Below are positions 44,352-58,300 of a stretch of 64,000 nt of DNA, piece after piece. The stretch is from Tubulanus polymorphus (Eukaryota > Animalia > Nemertea). The DNA lies in NCBI RefSeq assembly GCF_964204645.1, contig NC_134025.1:29182299-29246298 (forward strand). The letters run 5' to 3'. The position numbers and the translations under genes are program-made. The notes beneath the pieces were generated by a model. It was not told the DNA's origin. It searched no databases and was given only the letters and a program-made list of their open reading frames with translations. Each line of letters begins with the position of its first letter. Position 1 is the first letter of the stretch.

Positions 44352-44816
44352 CAGGCGCGGGATCCAGGGCCATACAGTGACTACAACACAGTGAAAAAAG
44401 GGCACCAACTTTGAAAAGGGCCAGTATTAATGCCCAGCGAGCGAGTTTGAGTTTGAGTGCCATTCATTGGTATCATGCCACTAAATTTGTCGTCACATTC
44501 AATTCGTTTTAAGCCTTTTTTTAGATTTTTGGTCAAAATTTGCCCTTTTTCGATTAGATTTATAGAGCGACAATAATTTGTTTTTTAGAATAGTGCCCTT
44601 TTGAGTAAAAAAATGCCTTAGATTGCCTTTTATGATTTTGGATAATTTATTTCATTCACATTTTGCTTTAGGCCTAGTACAGGAAGGCAATTATTTTTTT
44701 TATGACGCACAAATTGTGTGCCCTTTTATTTACTTTTTTCCCGAAACATAAATTTTTCAAGGGCATTTGAAAACTGCGACTACCGCACGTGCTGCATGTG
44801 TCCAGATCCGCGCCTG
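44352..44816. mobile_element. hAT-like MITE with 6-bp TSD
   Basis: CAGGCGCGG...CCGCGCCTG ends; direct repeat CGTAAG at 44346-44351 and 44817-44822; internal AAGGGCA/TGCCCTT motifs. Confidence 0.75.
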
Positions 44817-45209
44817 CGTAAGCGTTCGTATTACTACGATAGGCCTTGTTCCTGAGAATAGACATAAAAAGGCAGATCGTGACGATTAAAACTACAATAT
44901 ACTGTTTACATGAGTCGAATGATAAATAATAATAGGCCTACAATGTAATGATATTCATTTCATCATCAATTAGATCGAATTCAAAATTACGACAGAATTG
45001 GAAAAAGCAAATAACCGGTACTTGATAATCGCTCATTAGTGCCCATTGCTAGAAACACGACGCCGTCATAACGCTCGACCACTGAACGTTCAATCTTAAT
45101 TTGCAGTAATAAATTAACTGGAAATTCATCCGATTGAATTGCAATTTTACCAACATATGCCACGAGACAACACATTTCATCATTGATTTTTTTGTGTCGA
45201 TGAATATTT

Positions 45210-45450
<241 letters not shown>

Positions 45451-45699
45451 GTACATATATCATCATCAGCTCTCCGCATTTCTTGACGGAGACAAAACTA
45501 ACAGAAAAATCGTGTCTCGCGACAAGTTACCAACCTTGGATTCGAAGTTCTTGGTACTGATAATGATTCAGATTTAGGATCAGATAACCATGATCTTTAA
45601 AGAAAAAAATCTTATGTGTGACAACCTATTGAAATGATAAACAGATAAAGGAATCGTGCTAGTTCGCAGTCCCTGCGGTTTCCCTTATTTTTTACATCT

Positions 45700-45809
45700 G
45701 GACCCAGTTCCACAGTTGTGAGTTAAGATTTGACTCAGTGTTAACTCATTGAAGATGAACTAATTTCAACTCAGTGTTAACTCTAACTCATGGCTCTGGA
45801 ACTGGATCC
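45700..45809. mobile_element. Short palindromic MITE-like element
   Basis: GGACCCAGTTCCACAGTTGTGAGTTA ... TAACTCATGGCTCTGGAACTGGATCC imperfect inverted ends; internal duplicated ACTCAGTGTTAACTC. Confidence 0.55.
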
Positions 45810-46387
45810 TGCTGAATGAGATTTGCAGGTCACATGGTTTTCAATGAATATCCATGGCTTGATGACGAAGGACAAGGCCATCATGAAATCACTGAACGAC
45901 CGAACAGGTGTTTGCACGCATGAACGGGTGTTTGCAGTCTCGAGACTAGAGGATGTCCGTTTCATGTGATTTGCGTACCCCCTTGATAGGTTTCTAGTTC
46001 TTCATATCTGATACATTCATCGTGCTGGATTGCCATCAAATTGATAAAAGAAGGTATAGCAAAGAACCCCAATTGCCCTTATTTTGAATTTGCCCTTATA
46101 ATTGCTGATCAATTCTGATGTCATATCATGATTTAATTTCCCCATGGATATTTCTGGTCGTTCTCGTCGTTGGCTCAAAATATCAAAATGGCCCTCGCTA
46201 AAATCAATGCTACTGGCAGATGTGCATCACAATCATATCATTCGAATATAATTCGATTTATGCAATACACCATAAATGTCTATAAAATGTTCATGTGTGA
46301 TTTATAATGCTTCATAACCAGTTTGCCATTTGATGAAAGACAGTTAGAGAGACAAAGAATTTGATTGTCACTATCATCACTGTCAAA

Positions 46388-49300
46388 ATGATGAGGTAAG
46401 TCATCCTTTAAAGCAAGTTCGGATTTATTTGCTTTTAGCAACGGACTGCAAGAAAAACTGAAAGTAAACGTAATAACTAGATAAGGGAGAAGCTAAGAAT
46501 AAAGTCATATGAATTACAAGTACGATGAATTGTCAAAATAACTTGCGCAAATCAGAAAATTAATCGCGACTTCGGCAGTTTCAAATACATTCGCTCAAGT
46601 GAATCTAATTTCCCCCGTGGTGGATCGGTCAACACTTAAAGTGGTTTTTTAATGTTCTTTTTTTAGTCTCCGATCGGTTGGACTCGCAATCTTTGTGGTG
46701 ATTGCTTTCTTTCATTCTGGATCAACCGACCAATTAATACAAGGCAGAGTATCACGATCTATAGTCACTGCATATTGAAATACATTGATTTATCAAAAAT
46801 TGATAAAAATATTTCGTGCTTACCGTATTCATATTTCAGAGCCAGATTGCGAAGGCGATTGGTTGTATAAAACATTTGACGGACAATGCTATGATAGTAA
46901 GGGCGATAGATTTCAATTTGTTTTCCATATTCAGGATAATATTTTTTTAACTTCATCTGTCTTCTTTTTTAGGACCGGATAAATTGGCAGTAGCCGACCA
47001 ATTAATACAAGGCAGAGTATCACGATTTATAGTCACTGCATATTGAAATACATTGATTTATCAAAAATTGATAAAAATATTTCGTGCTTACCGTATTCAT
47101 ATTTCAGAGCCAGATTGCGAAGGCGATTGGTTGTATAAAACATTTGACGGACAATGCTATGATAGTAAGGGCGATAGATTTCAATTTGTTTTCCATATTC
47201 AGGATAATATTTTTTTAACTTCATCTGTCTTCTTTTTTTAGGACCGGGTAAATTGGCAGTATAGCGTGCATCAATAATTCATGATGAAACTACTCTAAGA
47301 TTGACATGAGTTGATTATAAATATTTCTGCGGATTTGGTTAATATAGAGTTCTTTAAAAGGTTATTTAAGGGGGAATTGACGGTTACTTTCAGATATCAA
47401 CGAATGCAGCTCGGATTCGACCAATAACTGCGGGGATGGTGGAGTCTGCAGTAATACAGCGGGGTCGTATTATTGTACATGTAACGACGGTTATGAGTTG
47501 AGCAGTGATGGAAAACAATGCGATGGTAGGCACAGTTTTCATTGAATCATTCGTACACGAATGGAAAAGTTCTTTATGGGAAAATTGACGGTTACTTTCA
47601 GATATCGACGAATGCAGCTCGGATTCGACCAATAACTGCGGGGATGGTGGAGTCTGCAGTAATACAGCGGGGTCGTATTATTGTACATGTAACGACGGTT
47701 ATGAGTTGAGCAGTGATGGAAAACAATGCGATGGTAGGCACAGTTTTCATTGAATCATTCGTACACGAATGGAAAAGTTCTTTATGGGAAAATTGACGGT
47801 TACTTTCAGATATCGACGAATGCAGCTCGGATTCGACCAATAACTGCGGGGATGGTGGAGTCTGCAGTAATACAGCGGGGTCGTATTATTGTACATGTAA
47901 CGACGGTTATGAGTTGAGCAGTGATGGAAAACAATGCGATGGTAGGCACAGTTTTCATTGAATCATTCGTACACGAATGGAAAAGTTCTTTATGGGAAAA
48001 TTGACGGTTACTTTCAGATATCGACGAATGCAGCTCGGATTCGACCAATAACTGCGGGGATGGTGGAGTCTGCAGTAATACAGCGGGGTCGTATTATTGT
48101 ACATGTAACGACGGTTATGAGTTGAGCAGTGATGGAAAACAATGCGATGGTAGGCACAGTTTTCATTGAATCATTCGTACACGAATGGAAAAGTTCTTTA
48201 TGGGAAAATTGACGGTTACTTTCAGATATCGACGAATGCAGCTCGGATTCGACCAATAACTGCGGGGATGGTGGAGTCTGCAGTAATACAGCGGGGTCGT
48301 ATTATTGTACATGTAACGACGGTTATGAGTTGAGCAGTGATGGAAAACAATGCGATGGTAGGCACAGTTTTCATTGAATCATTCGTACACGAATGGAAAA
48401 GTTCTTTATGGGAAAATTGACGGTTACTTTCAGATATCGACGAATGCAGCTCGGATTCGACCAATAACTGCGGGGACGGTGGAGTCTGCAGTAATACAGC
48501 GGGGTCGTATTATTGTACATGTAACGACGGTTATGAGTTGAGCAGTGATGGAAAACAATGCGATGGTAGGCACAGTTTTCATTGAATCATTCGTACACGA
48601 ATGGAAAAGTTCTTTATGGGAAAATTGACGGTTACTTTCAGATATCGACGAATGCAGCTCGGATTCGACCAATAACTGCGGGGACGGTGGAGTCTGCAGT
48701 AATACAGCGGGGTCGTATTATTGTACATGTAACGACGGTTATGAGTTGAGCAGTGATGGAAAACAATGCGATGGTAGGCACGGTTTTCATTGAATCATTC
48801 GTACACGAATGGAAAAGTTCTTTATGGGAAAATTGACGGTTACTTTCAGATATCGACGAATGCAGCTCGGATTCGACCAATAACTGCGGGGACGGTGGAG
48901 TCTGCAGTAATACAGCGGGGTCGTATTATTGTACATGTAACGACGGTTATGAGTTGAGCAGTGATGGAAAACAATGCGATGGTAGGCACGGTTTTCATTG
49001 AATCATTCGTACACGAATGGAAAAGTTCTTTATGGGAAAATTGACGGTTACTTTCAGATATCGACGAATGCAGCTCGGATTCGACCAATAACTGCGGGGA
49101 CGGTGGAGTCTGCAGTAATACAGCGGGGTCGTATTATTGTACATGTAACGACGGTTATGAGTTGAGCAGTGATGGAAAACAATGCGATGGTAGGCACGGT
49201 TTTCATTGAATCATTCGTACACGAATGGAAAAGTTCTTTATGGGAAAATTGACGGTTACTTTCAGATATCGACGAATGCAGCTCGGATTCGACCAATAAC

Positions 49301-52300
49301 TGCGGGGACGGTGGAGTCTGCAGTAATACAGCTGGGTCGTATTATTGTACATGTAACGACGGTTATGAGTTGAGCAGTGATGGAAAACAATGCGATGGTA
49401 GGCACAGTTTTCATTGAATCATTCGTACACGAATGGAAAAGTTCTTTATGGGAAAATTGACGGTTACTTTCAGATATCGACGAATGCAGCTCGGATTCGA
49501 CCAATAACTGCGGGGACGGTGGAGTCTGCAGTAATACAGCGGGGTCGTATTATTGTACATGTAACGACGGTTATGAGTTGAGCAGTGATGGAAAACAATG
49601 CGATGGTAGGCACAGTTTTCATTGAATCATTCGTACACGAATGGAAAAGTTCTTTATGGGAAAATTGACGGTTACTTTCAGATATCGACGAATGCAGCTC
49701 GGATTCGACCAATAACTGCGGGGATGGTGGAGTCTGCAGTAATACAGCGGGGTCGTATTATTGTACATGTAACGACGGTTATGAGTTGAGCAGTGATGGA
49801 AAACAATGCGATGGTAGGCACAGTTTTCATTGAATCATTCGTACACGAATGGAAAAGTTCTTTATGGGAAAATTGACGGTTACTTTCAGATATCGACGAA
49901 TGCAGCTCGGATTCGACCAATAACTGCGGGGATGGTGGAGTCTGCAGTAATACAGCGGGGTCGTATTATTGTACATGTAACGACGGTTATGAGTTGAGCA
50001 GTGATGGAAAACAATGCGATGGTAGGCACAGTTTTCATTGAATCATTCGTACACGAATGGAAAAGTTCTTTATGGGAAAATTGACGGTTACTTTCAGATA
50101 TCGACGAATGCAGCTCGGATTCGACCAATAACTGCGGGGATGGTGGAGTCTGCAGTAATACAGCGGGGTCGTATTATTGTACATGTAACGACGGTTATGA
50201 GTTGAGCAGTGATGGAAAACAATGCGATGGTAGGCACAGTTTTCATTGAATCATTCGTACACGAATGGAAAAGTTCTTTATGGGAAAATTGACGGTTACT
50301 TTCAGATATCGACGAATGCAGCTCGGATTCGACCAATAACTGCGGGGATGGTGGAGTCTGCAGTAATACAGCGGGGTCGTATTATTGTACATGTAACGAC
50401 GGTTATGAGTTGAGCAGTGATGGAAAACAATGCGATGGTAGGCACAGTTTTCATTGAATCATTCGTACACGAATGGAAAAGTTCTTTATGGGAAAATTGA
50501 CGGTTACTTTCAGATATCGACGAATGCAGCTCGGATTCGACCAATAACTGCGGGGATGGTGGAGTCTGCAGTAATACAGCGGGGTCGTATTATTGTACAT
50601 GTAACGACGGTTATGAGTTGAGCAGTGATGGAAAACAATGCGATGGTAGGCACAGTTTTCATTGAATCATTCGTACACGAATGGAAAAGTTCTTTATGGG
50701 AAAATTGACGGTTACTTTCAGATATCGACGAATGCAGCTCGGATTCGACCAATAACTGCGGGGACGGTGGAGTCTGCAGTAATACAGCGGGGTCGTATTA
50801 TTGTACATGTAACGACGGTTATGAGTTGAGCAGTGATGGAAAACAATGCGATGGTAGGCACAGTTTTCATTGAATCATTCGTACACGAATGGAAAAGTTC
50901 TTTATGGGAAAATTGACGGTTACTTTCAGATATCGACGAATGCAGCTCGGATTCGACCAATAACTGCGGGGACGGTGGAGTCTGCAGTAATACAGCGGGG
51001 TCGTATTATTGTACATGTAACGACGGTTATGAGTTGAGCAGTGATGGAAAACAATGCGATGGTAGGCACGGTTTTCATTGAATCATTCGTACACGAATGG
51101 AAAAGTTCTTTATGGGAAAATTGACGGTTACTTTCAGATATCGACGAATGCAGCTCGGATTCGACCAATAACTGCGGGGACGGTGGAGTCTGCAGTAATA
51201 CAGCGGGGTCGTATTATTGTACATGTAACGACGGTTATGAGTTGAGCAGTGATGGAAAACAATGCGATGGTAGGCACAGTTTTCATTGAATCATTCGTAC
51301 ACGAATGGAAAAGTTCTTTATGGGAAAATTGACGGTTACTTTCAGATATCGACGAATGCAGCTCGGATTCGACCAATAACTGCGGGGACGGTGGAGTCTG
51401 CAGTAATACAGCGGGGTCGTATTATTGTACATGTAACGACGGTTATGAGTTGAGCAGTGATGGAAAACAATGCGATGGTAGGCACAGTTTTCATTGAATC
51501 ATTCGTACACGAATGGAAAAGTTCTTTATGGGAAAATTGACGGTTACTTTCAGATATCGACGAATGCAGCTCGGATTCGACCAATAACTGCGGGGACGGT
51601 GGAGTCTGCAGTAATACAGCGGGGTCGTATTATTGTACATGTAACGACGGTTATGAGTTGAGCAGTGATGGAAAACAATGCGATGGTAGGCACGGTTTTC
51701 ATTGAATCATTCGTACACGAATGGAAAAGTTCTTTATGGGAAAATTGACGGTTACTTTCAGATATCGACGAATGCAGCTCGGATTCGACCAATAACTGCG
51801 GGGACGGTGGAGTCTGCAGTAATACAGCGGGGTCGTATTATTGTACATGTAACGACGGTTATGAGTTGAGCAGTGATGGAAAACAATGCGATGGTAGGCA
51901 CAGTTTTCATTGAATCATTCGTACACGAATGGAAAAGTTCTTTATGGGAAAATTGACGGTTACTTTCAGATATCGACGAATGCAGCTCGGATTCGACCAA
52001 TAACTGCGGGGACGGTGGAGTCTGCAGTAATACAGCGGGGTCGTATTATTGTACATGTAACGACGGTTATGAGTTGAGCAGTGATGGAAAACAATGCGAT
52101 GGTAGGCACAGTTTTCATTGAATCATTCGTACACGAATGGAAAAGTTCTTTATGGGAAAATTGACGGTTACTTTCAGATATCGACGAATGCAGCTCGGAT
52201 TCGACCAATAACTGCGGGGATGGTGGAGTCTGCAGTAATACAGCGGGGTCGTATCATTGTACATGTAACGACGGTTATGAGTTGAGCAGTGATGGAAAAC

Positions 52301-55300
52301 AATGCGATGGTAGGCACAGTTTTCATTGAATCATTCGTACACGAATGGAAAAGTTCTTTATGGGAAAATTGACGGTTACTTTCAGATATCGACGAATGCA
52401 GCTCGGATTCGACCAATAACTGCGGGGATGGTGGAGTCTGCAGTAATACAGCGGGGTCGTATCATTGTACATGTAACGACGGTTATGAGTTGAGCAGTGA
52501 TGGAAAACAATGCGATGGTAGGCACAGTTTTCATTGAATCATTCGTACACGAATGGAAAAGTTCTTTATGGGAAAATTGACGGTTACTTTCAGATATCGA
52601 CGAATGCAGCTCGGATTCGACCAATAACTGCGGGGATGGTGGAGTCTGCAGTAATACAGCGGGGTCGTATTATTGTACATGTAACGACGGTTATGAGTTG
52701 AGCAGTGATGGAAAACAATGCGATGGTAGGCACAGTTTTCATTGAATCATTCGTACACGAATGGAAAAGTTCTTTATGGGAAAATTGACGGTTACTTTCA
52801 GATATCGACGAATGCAGCTCGGATTCGACCAATAACTGCGGGGATGGTGGAGTCTGCAGTAATACAGCGGGGTCGTATTATTGTACATGTAACGACGGTT
52901 ATGAGTTGAGCAGTGATGGAAAACAATGCGATGGTAGGCACAGTTTTCATTGAATCATTCGTACACGAATGGAAAAGTTCTTTATGGGAAAATTGACGGT
53001 TACTTTCAGATATCGACGAATGCAGCTCGGATTCGACCAATAACTGCGGGGATGGTGGAGTCTGCAGTAATACAGCGGGGTCGTATCATTGTACATGTAA
53101 CGACGGTTATGAGTTGAGCAGTGATGGAAAACAATGCGATGGTAGGCACAGTTTTCATTGAACCATTCGTACACGAATGGAAAAGTTCTTTATGGGAAAA
53201 TTGACGGTTACTTTCAGATATCGACGAATGCAGCTCGGATTCGACCAATAACTGCGGGGATGGTGGAGTCTGCAGTAATACAGCGGGGTCGTATTATTGT
53301 ACATGTAACGACGGTTATGAGTTGAGCAGTGATGGAAAACAATGCGATGGTAGGCACAGTTTTCATTGAATCATTCGTACACGAATGGAAAAGTTCTTTA
53401 TGGGAAAATTGACGGTTACTTTCAGATATCGACGAATGCAGCTCGGATTCGACCAATAACTGCGGGGATGGTGGAGTCTGCAGTAATACAGCGGGGTCGT
53501 ATTATTGTACATGTAACGACGGTTATGAGTTGAGCAGTGATGGAAAACAATGCGATGGTAGGCACAGTTTTCATTGAATCATTCGTACACGAATGGAAAA
53601 GTTCTTTATGGGAAAATTGACGGTTACTTTCAGATATCGACGAATGCAGCTCGGATTCGACCAATAACTGCGGGGATGGTGGAGTCTGCAGTAATACAGC
53701 GGGGTCGTATTATTGTACATGTAACGACGGTTATGAGTTGAGCAGTGATGGAAAACAATGCGATGGTAGGCACAGTTTTCATTGAATCATTCGTACACGA
53801 ATGGAAAAGTTCTTTATGGGAAAATTGACGGTTACTTTCAGATATCGACGAATGCAGCTCGGATTCGACCAATAACTGCGGGGACGGTGGAGTCTGCAGT
53901 AATACAGCGGGGTCGTATTATTGTACATGTAACGACGGTTATGAGTTGAGCAGTGATGGAAAACAATGCGATGGTAGGCACAGTTTTCATTGAATCATTC
54001 GTACACGAATGGAAAAGTTCTTTATGGGAAAATTGACGGTTACTTTCAGATATCGACGAATGCAGCTCGGATTCGACCAATAACTGCGGGGACGGTGGAG
54101 TCTGCAGTAATACAGCGGGGTCGTATTATTGTACATGTAACGACGGTTATGAGTTGAGCAGTGATGGAAAACAATGCGATGGTAGGCACAGTTTTCATTG
54201 AATCATTCGTACACGAATGGAAAAGTTCTTTATGGGAAAATTGACGGTTACTTTCAGATATCGACGAATGCAGCTCGGATTCGACCAATAACTGCGGGGA
54301 CGGTGGAGTCTGCAGTAATACAGCGGGGTCGTATTATTGTACATGTAACGACGGTTATGAGTTGAGCAGTGATGGAAAACAATGCGATGGTAGGCACGGT
54401 TTTCATTGAATCATTCGTACACGAATGGAAAAGTTCTTTATGGGAAAATTGACGGTTACTTTCAGATATCGACGAATGCAGCTCGGATTCGACCAATAAC
54501 TGCGGGGACGGTGGAGTCTGCAGTAATACAGCGGGGTCGTATTATTGTACATGTAACGACGGTTATGAGTTGAGCAGTGATGGAAAACAATGCGATGGTA
54601 GGCACGGTTTTCATTGAATCATTCGTACACGAATGGAAAAGTTCTTTATGGGAAAATTGACGGTTACTTTCAGATATCGACGAATGCAGCTCGGATTCGA
54701 CCAATAACTGCGGGGACGGTGGAGTCTGCAGTAATACAGCGGGGTCGTATTATTGTACATGTAACGACGGTTATGAGTTGAGCAGTGATGGAAAACAATG
54801 CGATGGTAGGCACGGTTTTCATTGAATCATTCGTACACGAATGGAAAAGTTCTTTATGGGAAAATTGACGGTTACTTTCAGATATCGACGAATGCAGCTC
54901 GGATTCGACCAATAACTGCGGGGACGGTGGAGTCTGCAGTAATACAGCTGGGTCGTATTATTGTACATGTAACGACGGTTATGAGTTGAGCAGTGATGGA
55001 AAACAATGCGATGGTAGGCACAGTTTTCATTGAATCATTCGTACACGAATGGAAAAGTTCTTTATGGGAAAATTGACGGTTACTTTCAGATATCGACGAA
55101 TGCAGCTCGGATTCGACCAATAACTGCGGGGACGGTGGAGTCTGCAGTAATACAGCGGGGTCGTATTATTGTACATGTAACGACGGTTATGAGTTGAGCA
55201 GTGATGGAAAACAATGCGATGGTAGGCACAGTTTTCATTGAATCATTCGTACACGAATGGAAAAGTTCTTTATGGGAAAATTGACGGTTACTTTCAGATA

Positions 55301-58300
55301 TCGACGAATGCAGCTCGGATTCGACCAATAACTGCGGGGATGGTGGAGTCTGCAGTAATACAGCGGGGTCGTATCATTGTACATGTAACGACGGTTATGA
55401 GTTGAGCAGTGATGGAAAACAATGCGATGGTAGGCACAGTTCTCATTGAATCATTCGTACACGAATGGAAAAGTTCTTTATGGGAAAATTGACGGTTACT
55501 TTCAGATATCGACGAATGCAGCTCGGATTCGACCAATAACTGCGGGGATGGTGGAGTCTGCAGTAATACAGCGGGGTCGTATCATTGTACATGTAACGAC
55601 GGTTATGAGTTGAGCAGTGATGGAAAACAATGCGATGGTAGGCACAGTTCTCATTGAATCATTCGTACACGAATGGAAAAGTTCTTTATGGGAAAATTGA
55701 CGGTTACTTTCAGATATCGACGAATGCAGCTCGGATTCGACCAATAACTGCGGGGATGGTGGAGTCTGCAGTAATACAGCGGGGTCGTATCATTGTACAT
55801 GTAACGACGGTTATGAGTTGAGCAGTGATGGAAAACAATGCGATGGTAGGCACAGTTTTCATTGAATCATTCGTACACGAATGGAAAAGTTCTTTATGGG
55901 AAAATTGACGGTTACTTTCAGATATCGACGAATGCAGCTCGGATTCGACCAATAACTGCGGGGATGGTGGAGTCTGCAGTAATACAGCGGGGTCGTATCA
56001 TTGTACATGTAACGACGGTTATGAGTTGAGCAGTGATGGAAAACAATGCGATGGTAGGCACAGTTTTCATTGAATCATTCGTACACGAATGGAAAAGTTC
56101 TTTATGGGAAAATTGACGGTTACTTTCAGATATCGACGAATGCAGCTCGGATTCGACCAATAACTGCGGGGATGGTGGAGTATGCAGTAATACAGCGGGG
56201 TCGTATCATTGTACATGTAACGACGGTTATGAGTTGAGCAGTGATGGAAAACAATGCGATGGTAGGCACAGTTTTCATTGAATCATTCGTACACGAATGG
56301 AAAAGTTCTTTATGGGAAAATTGACGGTTACTTTCAGATATCGACGAATGCAGCTCGGATTCGACCAATAACTGCGGGGATGGTGGAGTCTGCAGTAATA
56401 CAGCGGGGTCGTATTATTGTACATGTAACGACGGTTATGAGTTGAGCAGTGATGGAAAACAATGCGATGGTAGGCACAGTTTTCATTGAATCATTCGTAC
56501 ACGAATGGAAAAGTTCTTTATGGGAAAATTGACGGTTACTTTCAGATATCGACGAATGCAGCTCGGATTCGACCAATAACTGCGGGGATGGTGGAGTCTG
56601 CAGTAATACAGCGGGGTCGTATTATTGTACATGTAACGACGGTTATGAGTTGAGCAGTGATGGAAAACAATGCGATGGTAGGCACAGTTTTCATTGAATC
56701 ATTCGTACACGAATGGAAAAGTTCTTTATGGGAAAATTGACGGTTACTTTCAGATATCGACGAATGCAGCTCGGATTCGACCAATAACTGCGGGGATGGT
56801 GGAGTCTGCAGTAATACAGCGGGGTCGTATTATTGTACATGTAACGACGGTTATGAGTTGAGCAGTGATGGAAAACAATGCGATGGTAGGCACAGTTTTC
56901 ATTGAATCATTCGTACACGAATGGAAAAGTTCTTTATGGGAAAATTGACGGTTACTTTCAGATATCGACGAATGCAGCTCGGATTCGACCAATAACTGCG
57001 GGGATGGTGGAGTCTGCAGTAATACAGCGGGGTCGTATTATTGTACATGTAACGACGGTTATGAGTTGAGCAGTGATGGAAAACAATGCGATGGTAGGCA
57101 CAGTTTTCATTGAATCATTCGTACACGAATGGAAAAGTTCTTTATGGGAAAATTGACGGTTACTTTCAGATATCGACGAATGCAGCTCGGATTCGACCAA
57201 TAACTGCGGGGACGGTGGAGTCTGCAGTAATACAGCGGGGTCGTATTATTGTACATGTAACGACGGTTATGAGTTGAGCAGTGATGGAAAACAATGCGAT
57301 GGTAGGCACAGTTTTCATTGAATCATTCGTACACGAATGGAAAAGTTCTTTATGGGAAAATTGACGGTTACTTTCAGATATCGACGAATGCAGCTCGGAT
57401 TCGACCAATAACTGCGGGGACGGTGGAGTCTGCAGTAATACAGCGGGGTCGTATTATTGTACATGTAACGACGGTTATGAGTTGAGCAGTGATGGAAAAC
57501 AATGCGATGGTAGGCACAGTTTTCATTGAATCATTCGTACACGAATGGAAAAGTTCTTTATGGGAAAATTGACGGTTACTTTCAGATATCGACGAATGCA
57601 GCTCGGATTCGACCAATAACTGCGGGGACGGTGGAGTCTGCAGTAATACAGCGGGGTCGTATTATTGTACATGTAACGACGGTTATGAGTTGAGCAGTGA
57701 TGGAAAACAATGCGATGGTAGGCACAGTTTTCATTGAATCATTCGTACACGAATGGAAACGTTCTTTATGGGAAAATTGACGGTTACTTTCAGATATCGA
57801 CGAATGCAGCTCGGATTCGACCAATAACTGCGGGGACGGTGGAGTCTGCAGTAATACAGCGGGGTCGTATTATTGTACATGTAACGACGGTTATGAGTTG
57901 AGCAGTGATGGAAAACAATGCGATGGTAGGCACAGTTTTCATTGAATCATTCGTACACGAATGGAAACGTTCTTTATGGGAAAATTGACGGTTACTTTCA
58001 GATATCGACGAATGCAGCTCGGATTCGACCAATAACTGCGGGGACGGTGGAGTCTGCAGTAATACAGCGGGGTCGTATTATTGTACATGTAACGACGGTT
58101 ATGAGTTGAGCAGTGATGGAAAACAATGCGATGGTAGGCACAGTTTTCATTGAATCATTCGTACACGAATGGAAAAGTTCTTTATGGGAAAATTGACGGT
58201 TACTTTCAGATATCGACGAATGCAGCTCGGATTCGACCAATAACTGCGGGGATGGTGGAGTCTGCAGTAATACAGCGGGGTCGTATCATTGTACATGTAA

